Virus record (IMG/VR): IMGVR_UViG_3300025530_000046
Location: 1-27,394 of that record
Source of the DNA: a virus
Lineage: Duplodnaviria; Caudoviricetes
DNA length: 27,394 bases
Direction: 5' to 3' (one strand)
Both the position numbers and the translations under genes were made by a program. Each line of letters opens with the position of its first letter. The stretch's first letter is position 1. Positions 8,561 through 17,560 of this stretch are shown one piece after another. Below the pieces are notes generated by a model. The model did not search any database, was not told where the DNA came from, and saw only the letters and a program-made list of their open reading frames with translations.

Positions 8561-9666
8561 CAGAACAGCTCAAACCCAAAGTGCATATCCTCGACGGCCT
8601 CCTTGTCCCAGGCACCGCCACCAGGCTTGGTCTCGAGGATGAATTGTCGGGTGATGTATTGGGTCGGAGCGGTCAGCATGGCAGACTGCTCCTCGATGCT
8701 GTCGAGACGGGCGCAAATCTTGTAGTTCGAGATGCCCGCTGCGTCCTTTTTCGCCCGGACGCACACACCTACCGCCAGCACGTCGATGATGTTGTCCGGC
8801 AGCGGATTGATGCCGAACATCTCCTTCACCCCGACCGTGTTCGAGTAGATGTACGACAGGTCCTCGTCCGGCCCGATCTCGTCGATCGCCGTGAACTTGG
8901 CCAGGCCACCACCGAACTGGTTACCCTGGTTCGGCCCTTCATCGCTGGCGGGCATCATCGAATGGACGACCACATCCCCGAGGAAGTCGTTGAAGCTCGT
9001 ACCGGTCGTGTCGAGGACGTAGAGGTCGTCAATCCAGTTGTAGACGTAAAGCTGGCTGCTGTTCGACCACTCACCCGAGCTCTGCCCCCAGAAGAGCGTA
9101 TTCACGACCTCCGGCAGGTCATCCGGCTTGGTCTTGCCGTTGTAGTCTATGAACGTGACGCCATCGACGCGGACGACAATGCGGCCTCCGCTAACCCGAG
9201 GCTTGTACTTGACCTCCACGTAATGCCAGACGTTCGGGAAGATGATGTTGGGCGGGCTGTAAGCGACCGGGTTGTTCGAGCCCACGCTGATCGTCAGGCC
9301 CGCATTGCCGTTGATGTACACGGACATCATCCGGTTGCGGCTGCCGAACAGGTTGTCGTACTCGAACCGGACAACCTCATCGAGGGTCGTAGGCACGTAC
9401 TTGTAGGCGAAGCCCGCTACGATTTCTCCCTTTGCAGGGAAAGCCTTCCTGAGCCACCCGTTTCCGTTAGATGCCGTATCAGCGGCAAAACGGAGTGAGC
9501 GTCCCCGTCCGGTCCTGCTGTCGGTCGCGCAGAACACATTGTTGGCGTCCACGTACTCCGAACTGCGCAGGATGGCAGTCGCGTCATACTGGGAAGGCGG
9601 GCTGATACTATCTCCCGACCCACCCACGTTGTAAGCGTCAAAGCCATCTATCCAGATCAGAGACAT
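8560..9666 (-). CDS. Minor tail protein with ConA/LamG-like beta-sandwich
   Basis: MSLIWIDGFD start; WHYVEVK...RVDG and IDDLYV motifs of LamG-like folds. Start at ATG 9666 (GAGG at 9673-9676). Sits between tape measure and Dit. Confidence 0.65.
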   Translation of the reverse strand: MSLIWIDGFDAYNVGGSGDSISPPSQYDATAILRSSEYVDANNVFCATDSRTGRGRSLRFAADTASNGNGWLRKAFPAKGEIVAGFAYKYVPTTLDEVVRFEYDNLFGSRNRMMSVYINGNAGLTISVGSNNPVAYSPPNIIFPNVWHYVEVKYKPRVSGGRIVVRVDGVTFIDYNGKTKPDDLPEVVNTLFWGQSSGEWSNSSQLYVYNWIDDLYVLDTTGTSFNDFLGDVVVHSMMPASDEGPNQGNQFGGGLAKFTAIDEIGPDEDLSYIYSNTVGVKEMFGINPLPDNIIDVLAVGVCVRAKKDAAGISNYKICARLDSIEEQSAMLTAPTQYITRQFILETKPGGGAWDKEAVEDMHFGFELF

Positions 9667-9679
9667 CTCGCACCTCGTG

Positions 9680-9693
9680 TGCAATTAATTGCA
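9680..9693. repeat. Palindrome copy, exact, intergenic
   Basis: (G)TGCAATTAATTGCA(C). Confidence 0.95.
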
Positions 9694-9696
9694 CGT

Positions 9697-12600
9697 TCAG
9701 TTGTTCCTCATGGCCATGCGCTGCATCTTCAGCTGGGCGTCGGCAAAGAGCTGACCCTCCGACTTCCGGAAGCCGCTGGCATCCCGCACGTTGATGTTGT
9801 TGACGATGGTCTGGTGCGTGTCGCCGTACCGGCCGCGACCAGCACGCGAGGTCTGGATCACCTTGCCCATCTCCTCAACCTGACGGGACAGCCCGTCGAT
9901 CAGGGCGAGGTTCCTCTTGTTCTGGTTCTCGGTCAGCACGCGCTCGCCGCGCTTCAGGATGGCCGGATACTCATCCTTCTTGAACAGGCCGTCATGGAAT
10001 CGCGGCGCACCGGCCCACGCGAAAGCGGGCATGGGCCTGGTCATTCTGGTCCGTCCGACCACACCACCGCTGTGGAACAGGAAGCCCAGGATGCCACCGA
10101 ATAACCCGCCTCCCCCTCCGAGGCCGGAAAAGAGCTGCTGCACGAGGCCGAGGATCGCGCTGGCGAAGTTGCCAAGACCGGGGATCACCTGGTTCAGCGG
10201 CGCGAGCAGGCCCTGAATGCCGCTCTCCAGGCCACCGAGGCCGGGCTGAGCCGTGCTCGCCTGCTGACCTGCCTGGCCCGCTTTCATGCCCGCGTTCTGG
10301 AAGGCGGAAGCCGCCTGGTCGATCTTGGGCGCGGCCTCGGCAGCATACTGCCCGGCGTTCTGGGTGCCGAAGGCAACCTGCTGAATATTGGTCCCCGTCA
10401 TTTGCATAGCGGAGGACGCCTGACCCGCACCCTGCTGCACCTGCATACCCGCCTGCTGGATGGTCATGCCGGTCTGCTGGAACTGCTGATTGATCTGGGT
10501 CGTCGCCATCTGAGTGGTCTGACCCAGCTTCTGCATGTCCTCAGTCGCACGGCGGATCGCAAGCTGGTTGGCGTCGTACCAGCTCGTCTGCACGCGGTTG
10601 CTCTCGTTGCCAGAGAGCATCTCGAGCTGTAGGCCACGCGGACCCATGCGCGTATTTCCGGTGGCGAAGCCCACATGCGCTCCGGTCTGTCCGGGCTTGC
10701 GGCCACGGTGGGCTATCAGCACGTCACCACGCAGCACATCCTCGGGCCTTACGGCCTGGCCCCAATCCAGGAAGTCAGCGGCGATAAGCGAACCGGTACC
10801 CGTAACGCCGATCTGCTTCAGGGCCGAGTTGACGAACCCAGCGCACCAGGCGGTCTTGGCCGCGTCGATGTTGACGCCACCCGCCTTGAGGAAGGAGTTG
10901 ATCGTGCCCCGGTTCGTGACCTCGTGCATGCCAATGAACTTGGTCACGTTATCGACTGCAGCAGCCGTAGCCGAAGAAACTGCCTTATTGACCTGGGTAA
11001 CAGCCTGGGAAGCAGCCTTAGTGATGTTGCCCAGCGACCCGCCCGTACCGAGGCGGGTCATGCTGTTCCCCAGCGTGCTGCTCAGGTTCACCCCGGACGT
11101 GCTAGGGACACTCGAGGCACCCTGGTTCCCGGCAGTCTGGGCGCTTAACAGGTTGCCCAGGTCCTGGCCATTGATGTTGACCGAACCGGCATTGACGACC
11201 GCCTGTGGCGTGTTGATGCCAGACTGGCCGATCGTTTCTAGGTTGGTGATGGCCTGCTCCAGCCGGGACGTGGAGTCCTTCTTCTGCTGCTGGGCAATCG
11301 GGGTCAGCAGCTCGCGCATCGTGTTCTCGACCGCGAACTTGACCATCATCTGGCCAAGGCGGACGAGGAAGTTGCGGAAGCTGTTCTCCGTACCGTTGAT
11401 GAAGCCGGTGATCGCGTCGGCCAGACCGCCGATCGCGTCCTCCTGCAGCTTAGCGATGCCGTCCTGGAACGTACCGACCGCATCGAGCCACCCCTGGATG
11501 CCGCCTTTAGACTGCTGGTTGGCGTCGGCCAGCGCCTCTGCGTACTCGCGGATCGCCTCGGTAAGCTGCGGCGTGATCTGGACGCCCTGCTCGCGCAGAC
11601 GGTTGATCTCCTGCTGGGCCGTCCTCTCGACATCCAACTCCCGGCCACGCAGCCGCATCAGGTCGAGCTCCTGGCGCATGGTGCGCACGCGCTCCAGGAT
11701 CGGGTTCCGGGCGGATAGCGTCGTCTCGTTCAGCCTCTGCAGGAGGAAGTTGTAGCGATCAGCATCGATCCAGCCCTGACGCAGTGCCTCGTTCAGGGTG
11801 CGGACATTCTGCTCATAATCGCGTATGGCGGCCCCGACCGGATCGAGTTTGTCGAGGAGGCCACGGAACGCCTCCGCTTGACGGGTAAGCGTGATCATCT
11901 CGGCAATCTGCTGCTTCCGCTCGGCAGTCAGTTTGCCGATCTCGCGCTCCGTGTCCTCGATCGTACGCAGGACCTCGAGCTCTATCTTGCGCTCCAGAGT
12001 CAGCGCGGTGGCATCCTCAAGAGTACGGCGCAGCTCTCGGGACCTCGCCTCGAAGGCGTTGGTCTTCTCGATCTCCTGGAGCGTCTTCAGGCGCTCCGTG
12101 AGCTGCCGGGTCTGCTCCTCGGTGAGCTTACCGTTTGCCTCCTCGTACTCCCGGATACGATCCAGGATGTCGAGCTGGTTCTGGCGCTCCTTGGTAACAG
12201 CCTTGGCCCGCTCGATCTCGCGATCCAGCCCCTCAATCTCGACCTTGAAAGGTTCGAGCTCCCGCTCGGCCTTCTTGATCAGGGCCTCGAGCTTGGCAAT
12301 GTCCTCGGGCTTGTAACCCGCGTCCTCCTGCGCCTCTCGGCCCAGTTGCTTCAGCTCGTCCAGCGCCTTCTTGTAGGCTTCGATCTTCCTGCGAGCCTCA
12401 TACGGATCGAACAGCTCATCAAGGGCCGCCTTGGCCGCCTCAGACAGGCCCTTGCCGATGTTCGTCGTGATCTCACCGATGATGCCGTGACCGCCCTTTT
12501 TAACGTCCTCCAGGGCCTGCTGAGCCGGTTGGGTGTCCACATCTAGGGTGCTGCGCAGGTCCGCGTCGTCCTGCTTCAGCCAATCGATCACATCAGCGAA

Positions 12601-14250
12601 GACGCCCTTGATGTACTCCCCGATGCGCTTGAATACCCCGGTGATCTTTTCCCAAGCCTGCTTGGCGATCTCGGTCCAGCTCTGGGAGAAGAACGCCTTG
12701 ACCTCCTCCCAATTGGAGATGACAAGCGCCGCGGCACTCGCGATACCGGCCACGATGATGCCGGGCCACCCGACAAGCGCGTACATGGCCGCGCCCACAC
12801 CCATGATGACGGTGCGGAGCAGCGTGAATACGGCAGCCGCAGACTTCAAACTGAAGATGGCCTTCAACAGCGTGCCGAACATGGCTATGGCCCGCCCGCC
12901 CCAGCCCAGGATAGCACTCATGCCGGGGAGGACTGACAGCAGCTTCAACGCCGTGGCCACGCCCATGACGGCGGGGCCAAGCGTGACCATGACCGCGACT
13001 ACCTTCTTCGCGTTGTCAGGTAGAGCGGCGAAGGCTTCCGATGCCCAATTGACGAGCTCGCGCAGACCTTCGACGACAGCCTTGGCAGCCGGAGCCAATG
13101 CACTGCCCAGCTGCTTGGTGAGCACGGTCGCACTGGAGACCAGACCGTCCCACTGGGCAGACAGGCCCTGGATGGCGTTCTGGTATTCCTTGGTGCGGGC
13201 AATGTCCTCCTGCCTCGCCCGCGAGGCGTCCATCTGCTTCTTCCTGAAGACATCCAGGTTCTGCGAGGCCGCACCAACCACCGATAGCGTCTCGATACCG
13301 GTCAGGTTGAAGTCGCGCATAAAGTTCGTGATCGACTGGCCTTCATCGCGCATATCCCGGACGACCTGCAGGAACACCAGCAAGGCATTCTCCGGGTGAG
13401 TCTCCAGCATCTTCTGGAACTCTTCCCGCGTGATGCCGGTCATCTCGGCCAGACGCTGCATACCCTTGGTGTTGTTGATAACAGCGTCATTGAGCTGGAT
13501 GAACACGCGGCCCATGGCCGTACCGAACAGCTCGGGTCGGAAGTTCAGCTCGGCAGCCGCGGCGGCCAGGCCCAGAATGGCGGTCGAGCCCAGCTTGAAC
13601 TGGGCCGTGGCCTGACCAATTCGGGAAGCCAGATCGAGGATTTCGGACTCGGTCGCAGCCGTGGTGTTACCCAGCTCGACCAGAACGTCCGTGAACGTGT
13701 CGGCAGCTTGGATGCCTTCTCGAGTGATCGTCAGCAGTCGGGAGATGATCTGGGCACCGTGCTCGCCCTGCACCGTGGGAGCCGCGATCGACAGCTCGCC
13801 CATGATGCGGGAGAACTCGGCAATCGTATCCGCGCCGCGGATGCCCATCTGACCGGCCACGCCCGCGATGTCCAGCATCTGGCCGGGACGCACGCCGCTC
13901 ATGGTCTTGAGGAGCCGGTCAAAGGTCGCCTCGAACTGCTCCATCTCCTGAGCAGTCATGTCCGTGGTCTTACGGACGTTGATGAGGCCCTTTTCGTACT
14001 GGGAGAAAACCCCGAGGGTCTTGCCCAGCATGCCTCGGCTGGCGAAGGCACCGGTCAGTGCGGTGCCCGCCGCCTTTGCCGCTCCAACGATGCGCTCCAG
14101 GGAGGAGACGGTTTTCTTGGCGTTCTTGTCTACCTCGTCCGCCCGCTTGGCCACGCCAGCCAGTGTATCCGCAACCTGCTTCAGATTGCGGCTGATCTGA
14201 TCGTGCATCTTCAGCACGAACTCTAGTTCCTGCTGGCTGATCGCGGCCAT
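9697..14250 (-). CDS. Tail tape measure protein with C-terminal peptidase-like domain
   Basis: 1517 aa; TP901-like N-terminal core (V.KTTD, IAG.AGQMGI, LGN..AATESEI), long coiled coil, AWCAGFV..H.GF..SGN domain, FHSGG.VG..APRFHDG...E.PAIL.RGERVLT tail. Follows the chaperone genes. Confidence 0.93.
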   Translation of the reverse strand: MAAISQQELEFVLKMHDQISRNLKQVADTLAGVAKRADEVDKNAKKTVSSLERIVGAAKAAGTALTGAFASRGMLGKTLGVFSQYEKGLINVRKTTDMTAQEMEQFEATFDRLLKTMSGVRPGQMLDIAGVAGQMGIRGADTIAEFSRIMGELSIAAPTVQGEHGAQIISRLLTITREGIQAADTFTDVLVELGNTTAATESEILDLASRIGQATAQFKLGSTAILGLAAAAAELNFRPELFGTAMGRVFIQLNDAVINNTKGMQRLAEMTGITREEFQKMLETHPENALLVFLQVVRDMRDEGQSITNFMRDFNLTGIETLSVVGAASQNLDVFRKKQMDASRARQEDIARTKEYQNAIQGLSAQWDGLVSSATVLTKQLGSALAPAAKAVVEGLRELVNWASEAFAALPDNAKKVVAVMVTLGPAVMGVATALKLLSVLPGMSAILGWGGRAIAMFGTLLKAIFSLKSAAAVFTLLRTVIMGVGAAMYALVGWPGIIVAGIASAAALVISNWEEVKAFFSQSWTEIAKQAWEKITGVFKRIGEYIKGVFADVIDWLKQDDADLRSTLDVDTQPAQQALEDVKKGGHGIIGEITTNIGKGLSEAAKAALDELFDPYEARRKIEAYKKALDELKQLGREAQEDAGYKPEDIAKLEALIKKAERELEPFKVEIEGLDREIERAKAVTKERQNQLDILDRIREYEEANGKLTEEQTRQLTERLKTLQEIEKTNAFEARSRELRRTLEDATALTLERKIELEVLRTIEDTEREIGKLTAERKQQIAEMITLTRQAEAFRGLLDKLDPVGAAIRDYEQNVRTLNEALRQGWIDADRYNFLLQRLNETTLSARNPILERVRTMRQELDLMRLRGRELDVERTAQQEINRLREQGVQITPQLTEAIREYAEALADANQQSKGGIQGWLDAVGTFQDGIAKLQEDAIGGLADAITGFINGTENSFRNFLVRLGQMMVKFAVENTMRELLTPIAQQQKKDSTSRLEQAITNLETIGQSGINTPQAVVNAGSVNINGQDLGNLLSAQTAGNQGASSVPSTSGVNLSSTLGNSMTRLGTGGSLGNITKAASQAVTQVNKAVSSATAAAVDNVTKFIGMHEVTNRGTINSFLKAGGVNIDAAKTAWCAGFVNSALKQIGVTGTGSLIAADFLDWGQAVRPEDVLRGDVLIAHRGRKPGQTGAHVGFATGNTRMGPRGLQLEMLSGNESNRVQTSWYDANQLAIRRATEDMQKLGQTTQMATTQINQQFQQTGMTIQQAGMQVQQGAGQASSAMQMTGTNIQQVAFGTQNAGQYAAEAAPKIDQAASAFQNAGMKAGQAGQQASTAQPGLGGLESGIQGLLAPLNQVIPGLGNFASAILGLVQQLFSGLGGGGGLFGGILGFLFHSGGVVGRTRMTRPMPAFAWAGAPRFHDGLFKKDEYPAILKRGERVLTENQNKRNLALIDGLSRQVEEMGKVIQTSRAGRGRYGDTHQTIVNNINVRDASGFRKSEGQLFADAQLKMQRMAMRNN

Positions 14251-14256
14251 CTCTGC

Positions 14257-14649
14257 TTACCGTCTCCGGGCTGGCATCCGGCTCTCTCGGTTCTGCCTTT
14301 GCTTTTCCCTGTTCAGCTCTTCCTGATCACACTGGTCATTCGCGTCATCGATGATGCGGAAGAGCTCGATCAGCTTGTTCGACTGGTCTACGATCGCGCC
14401 TTGGTCCGGCAGGAATCCCTTCTTGTAGAGCCCGTAGAACTTCAGCACTTTCGACCAGAAGAACGGATTTTCCCGGATGGGTTGACGGGGACAGGCCCAT
14501 GTCTCTTCACCCAGGAGGGTGATCGGGAGCTGCGCCGGTCGGTGCCAGCGCACCTCCTCCACACCCTGATCGTTCACCACCGTGTACGGCTTCGCGTGAC
14601 AGCCCCATTCGTCCTGTCGCTTGCAGCCGTCACACTGCCGCTCCGGCAT
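14257..14649 (-). CDS. Tail assembly chaperone, frameshift extension (gpT-like)
   Basis: In the -1 frame of the upstream chaperone after A-AAA-AAC; G.LP..G...DQ motif; directly precedes the tape measure. Confidence 0.75.
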   Translation of the reverse strand: MPERQCDGCKRQDEWGCHAKPYTVVNDQGVEEVRWHRPAQLPITLLGEETWACPRQPIRENPFFWSKVLKFYGLYKKGFLPDQGAIVDQSNKLIELFRIIDDANDQCDQEELNREKQRQNRESRMPARRR

Positions 14650-15164
14650 TAGCCGGATGGCGGCAACGCACTTCCGGAGTTTTTTTCTTCGTTCGCGCTA
14701 ACCTCGCTGATGTCCTTGATCTTCTGAGCCAGCTCGGCAATCAGCCGGACACCCAGCATGTTCATGATGTCATCGTGCACGACCTGGTATTCGCGCCCAT
14801 TGACGATCGTCTTCTGGGTCTTGAACCGGACAGGGTTGCCGTACCTGTCCATGAAGTTCTTGAAGCCAGCCAGGCCATGCCGGACGGCATCGATGTTCGT
14901 CTGGTTGATCCGCGTGTGGATGCCGACCGTATCGTCACCCTGCTTGCCCGAGATCACCGAGGCGTTGTCGTAGATGTGCCCCATCAGGAACACGTCGAGC
15001 GGGCGGAGAAGGAAGACAGTCGCACCGTCAGCAATGGTCTCCCGCGTTTCCGTCCCCTTGGACGGATCGTTCGGGTCAACCGGGACCGTCTCCTTGGTCT
15101 TCGCAGGGTCGAGATCAGAAACGTATTCAACCGTGTCATGCACGGTCAGAGCAACGAGTGCCAT
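14649..15164 (-). CDS. Tail assembly chaperone (gpG-like)
   Basis: ATG 15164 with GGAGG at 15171-15175; ends EEKNSGS at a slippery sequence; located between tail tube and tape measure. Confidence 0.8.
   Translation of the reverse strand: MALVALTVHDTVEYVSDLDPAKTKETVPVDPNDPSKGTETRETIADGATVFLLRPLDVFLMGHIYDNASVISGKQGDDTVGIHTRINQTNIDAVRHGLAGFKNFMDRYGNPVRFKTQKTIVNGREYQVVHDDIMNMLGVRLIAELAQKIKDISEVSANEEKNSGSALPPSG
14679..14685 (-). other. -1 programmed ribosomal frameshift heptamer A AAA AAC
   Basis: Minus strand GAA GAA AAA AAC TCC; the -1 frame reads KKLRKCVAAIRLMPER, continuous into the 14257..14649 ORF. Confidence 0.85.
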
Positions 15165-15228
15165 AATCTGCCTCCAGGCTGCATGGCTGTTTTCGACAGC
15201 CGTAAAAGTTACGCAGCTAGAGGCGATT

Positions 15229-15242
15229 TGCAATTAATTGCA
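15229..15242. repeat. Palindrome copy, exact, spanning a stop codon
   Basis: TGCAATTAATTGCA. Confidence 0.95.
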
Positions 15243-15458
15243 TTGCGGATGGTTCGAGACGTGTTCCGGCCCGTTCAGGTATGGCGTCTTGTCGGCCAGA
15301 ATGCACGTCACTTTAGCCGGGGCGTGGGCCTTGGCGATTTCGTGGGCGGCCTGGAATGTGAGCTTGGCCGCCAGAATATCACCGTACAGGTGACCCTTCC
15401 TGTCGGCTTTCTGGACGATATAAACCTTGACCTTGAACTTGCTTCCGTTCCCGCTCAT
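15234..15458 (-). CDS. Small hypothetical protein (~74 aa)
   Basis: MSGNGSKFKVKVYIVQKAD...; GC3-rich codons but weak RBS; its stop TAA lies inside the palindrome at 15229. Confidence 0.55.
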   Translation of the reverse strand: MSGNGSKFKVKVYIVQKADRKGHLYGDILAAKLTFQAAHEIAKAHAPAKVTCILADKTPYLNGPEHVSNHPQCN

Positions 15459-15481
15459 GGGAGCCACCGAACACATGAGTA

Positions 15482-15495
15482 TGCAATTGATTGCA
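15482..15495. repeat. Palindrome copy, 1 mismatch, intergenic
   Basis: TGCAATTGATTGCA. Confidence 0.9.
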
Positions 15496-15525
15496 CAAGA
15501 CAAGTTCGGTGATAAGCGGGGCGGT

Positions 15526-15873
15526 CTACTCACTAATCCGCCAGGAGATCAGCTTGCAGGTCTTGTTGTCGATCACCCCATAGGCAAACGCCCTGTTGAT
15601 CCCGCCAAATCCGTTCTTCGCTCGGAACTCCATGCGCACCTTGTTCTGACCGTTTACGACCTTCGAGGTGCGGGTCTCAACGTGCTCGAAGCTCTTCGGG
15701 TCACGCAGGGACGCCTTCACCTTCTCCTCGAAATCGAGGTGCGATCCCGTCCACCCGTTCATGCAGTGCACGCCATATTGGCGCTCCTCCTCGGAGTGGC
15801 TCGAAGTACAGGCACAGAGAGCCCCCGCGAGGATAACGAAGATGCCTATCAAACCTACTGCTCTGTCGCTCAT
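15526..15873 (-). CDS. Putative lipoprotein/membrane-anchored accessory protein
   Basis: Strong RBS AAGGAGGG before ATG 15873; hydrophobic signal plus LCAC lipobox-like sequence; LRDPKSF...FRAKNGFGG motif. Confidence 0.7.
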   Translation of the reverse strand: MSDRAVGLIGIFVILAGALCACTSSHSEEERQYGVHCMNGWTGSHLDFEEKVKASLRDPKSFEHVETRTSKVVNGQNKVRMEFRAKNGFGGINRAFAYGVIDNKTCKLISWRISE

Positions 15874-15950
15874 GCCTACCCTCCTTGGTCTGTGCATTAG
15901 CGATTGTTTCTCAACCAATTCTTACGTTGGTGATTAGTCGTTCGAGGTGC

Positions 15951-15976
15951 AAAAAAGAGCGGCCCCGGAGGGCCGC
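15951..15976 (-). terminator. Rho-independent terminator after tail tube
   Basis: Minus strand GCGGCCC-TCCG-GGGCCGC-TCTTTTTT, about 30 nt after the tube stop. Confidence 0.85.
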
Positions 15977-16004
15977 CAGTCTGGTTCAGGCTCGCCTTAG
16001 GAGA

Positions 16005-17243
16005 CTAGCAGAAGAAGAAACACACCTCGTCGTTCGTGTCATAGGCCGGGAACCGCAGTCCGGCATCGTAGGACAGAATGCCATTGCGGTCGGCGTAAGT
16101 CAGTCCGGTGTACTGGACACCCGGAGCGATGATCCACGCCGTGTTGCCCTTCTGATGGCCTACGCGCATCTGGAAAGGCATCCGGTCTGCGCGGGCGAAC
16201 TGGGACCAGAAGTCGTTGTTCGCCACGAGATCGGCTTCAGGGTTGATCCCGCCTTCCGGCGCACGGCTGACGATGCGGGTGCCGATGTAACCTTCCTTGG
16301 ACGACACGTCCGGTCGGACCTGAATGTCGTTCCCCTGATCGAAGGTGAACTGCTCCACGATCGCGTAGAAGCCGCCCACCCGGAGACGAGCCAGCTCGAC
16401 CTGGGGCGGAAGCGTACGCTCGTAGTTTGGCGACGGCATCGTCTCATCGACGGGCGGCTGCCAGATGCCGGTGAACGTCCAGTTGATCGTGGCGAACTCG
16501 CCTGCGGTCGCCGTGATCTCGAACGTGCCGAATGCACCCGGCATCACGTGCTTCACGCCGTCCTTGTACATGACAAGGGTGACGGACTCGAAGTTGTCCG
16601 AGATCGGATCGAGGCGCAGGCCCACAGGCATGAGCCATACGACCCACTTCTGCCCAATCTGCAGATCACCCGTGAACTCCGGTGTCAGGACCAGGCCATG
16701 GGTGCCTACGTTGATGTCCACTCCATCGGAGATGGCCTGGGCAGCGGAGCCCTCGCCCTGAGTATCGGACGTGATGGTGATCTCGGCCACGCCGGAAGCA
16801 CCGCCAGTCGTCACCTCGATGAAGTAGCAGATGACATCCTCGTTATCGGCGTTCTGGACATCAGCGGTCCATTTCACGCGGTTCGCGTGATCATCGATCT
16901 CGAACACGCCTTTGACCCAGGGAGCTGCCTCCTCGGTCATGGCGTAGCCGCACGCCCGGAACAGGCGGGAGATGATCGGGGCATCCAAAGCATTACCGGA
17001 ATGCTGCTTGCCGTTACCGCGGAACTCCGTCTGGAACTCCATCTGGGCCAGCTTGCGGCCAATGATGTGAGGCGTCTGAGAAAGGCTGTCGCGAACGAAG
17101 GTGCGCTCCAGCACGTTCGGCTCGATCGTGTAGGTCGGCTCAGCAACGAGAACGCCGTCATCGACCCCCACGCTCTCAGTCTGGCCGTAGACAGTCTCGA
17201 CCTTAGCCTGAACGACAGCCCTACGAGTAAGAAGGACGGCCAT
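16005..17243 (-). CDS. Major tail (tube) protein with inserted domain
   Basis: LLTRR.V..AK.E..YG start, LF.ACG, G..G.F.I....GE....WTF.G motifs; AAAGGAG RBS; followed by a terminator. Confidence 0.8.
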   Translation of the reverse strand: MAVLLTRRAVVQAKVETVYGQTESVGVDDGVLVAEPTYTIEPNVLERTFVRDSLSQTPHIIGRKLAQMEFQTEFRGNGKQHSGNALDAPIISRLFRACGYAMTEEAAPWVKGVFEIDDHANRVKWTADVQNADNEDVICYFIEVTTGGASGVAEITITSDTQGEGSAAQAISDGVDINVGTHGLVLTPEFTGDLQIGQKWVVWLMPVGLRLDPISDNFESVTLVMYKDGVKHVMPGAFGTFEITATAGEFATINWTFTGIWQPPVDETMPSPNYERTLPPQVELARLRVGGFYAIVEQFTFDQGNDIQVRPDVSSKEGYIGTRIVSRAPEGGINPEADLVANNDFWSQFARADRMPFQMRVGHQKGNTAWIIAPGVQYTGLTYADRNGILSYDAGLRFPAYDTNDEVCFFFC

Positions 17244-17273
17244 GGTTATCTCCTTTGTCGCTCGGGCTGCGTC

Positions 17274-17501
17274 TTAATCTTCAGTATCCTCACCAGGTGC
17301 GGCAGGCGTCTTGAGGGCTGCAAGAATTTCGTTGAGCTTGTCAGCTACGTCTTTGGCCGTAGCCGTATCGGTGTCCTCGATCGGATCGATCGTGTCGAAG
17401 TCCTCACGGTCCGGCTTGGTGTTCAGCACGTACGCGAGGTTCTTGTCCTTCTCACCGAAAATCCGGCTCAGGCCGGAGAAGTGGTCGCGCTTCAGCTTCA
17501 T
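17274..17501 (-). CDS. Small hypothetical, probably virion-associated (~75 aa)
   Basis: ATG 17501 with AAAGGA RBS; amphipathic ATAKDVADKLNEILAALK helix. Confidence 0.6.
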   Translation of the reverse strand: MKLKRDHFSGLSRIFGEKDKNLAYVLNTKPDREDFDTIDPIEDTDTATAKDVADKLNEILAALKTPAAPGEDTED

Positions 17502-17546
17502 CGTGGAGCATCCTTTAGATGCGCCGGAAACCCGGCTCCATACAGT

Positions 17547-17560
17547 TGCAATTAATTGCA
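17547..17560. repeat. Palindrome copy, exact, intergenic
   Basis: TGCAATTAATTGCA. Confidence 0.95.

Noticed and set aside
9679-10104. Several track ORFs beginning MQLIA (9679, 17561, 5895)
   Set aside because: Artefact of the palindrome supplying NTG-CAA-TTR-ATT-GC; downstream ATGs with RBSs or overlapping real genes explain the loci.
15874-15950. Promoter for the lipoprotein gene
   Set aside because: AT-rich with TTGAGA and TAAGAAT-like words, but no correctly spaced -35/-10 pair was found.
15885-17555. 556-aa plus-strand ORF and other long plus-strand ORFs (e.g. 10535..11755, 7598..8725, 19878..20975, 25287..26255)
   Set aside because: Antisense shadows of GC3-rich minus-strand genes; no recognisable motifs.
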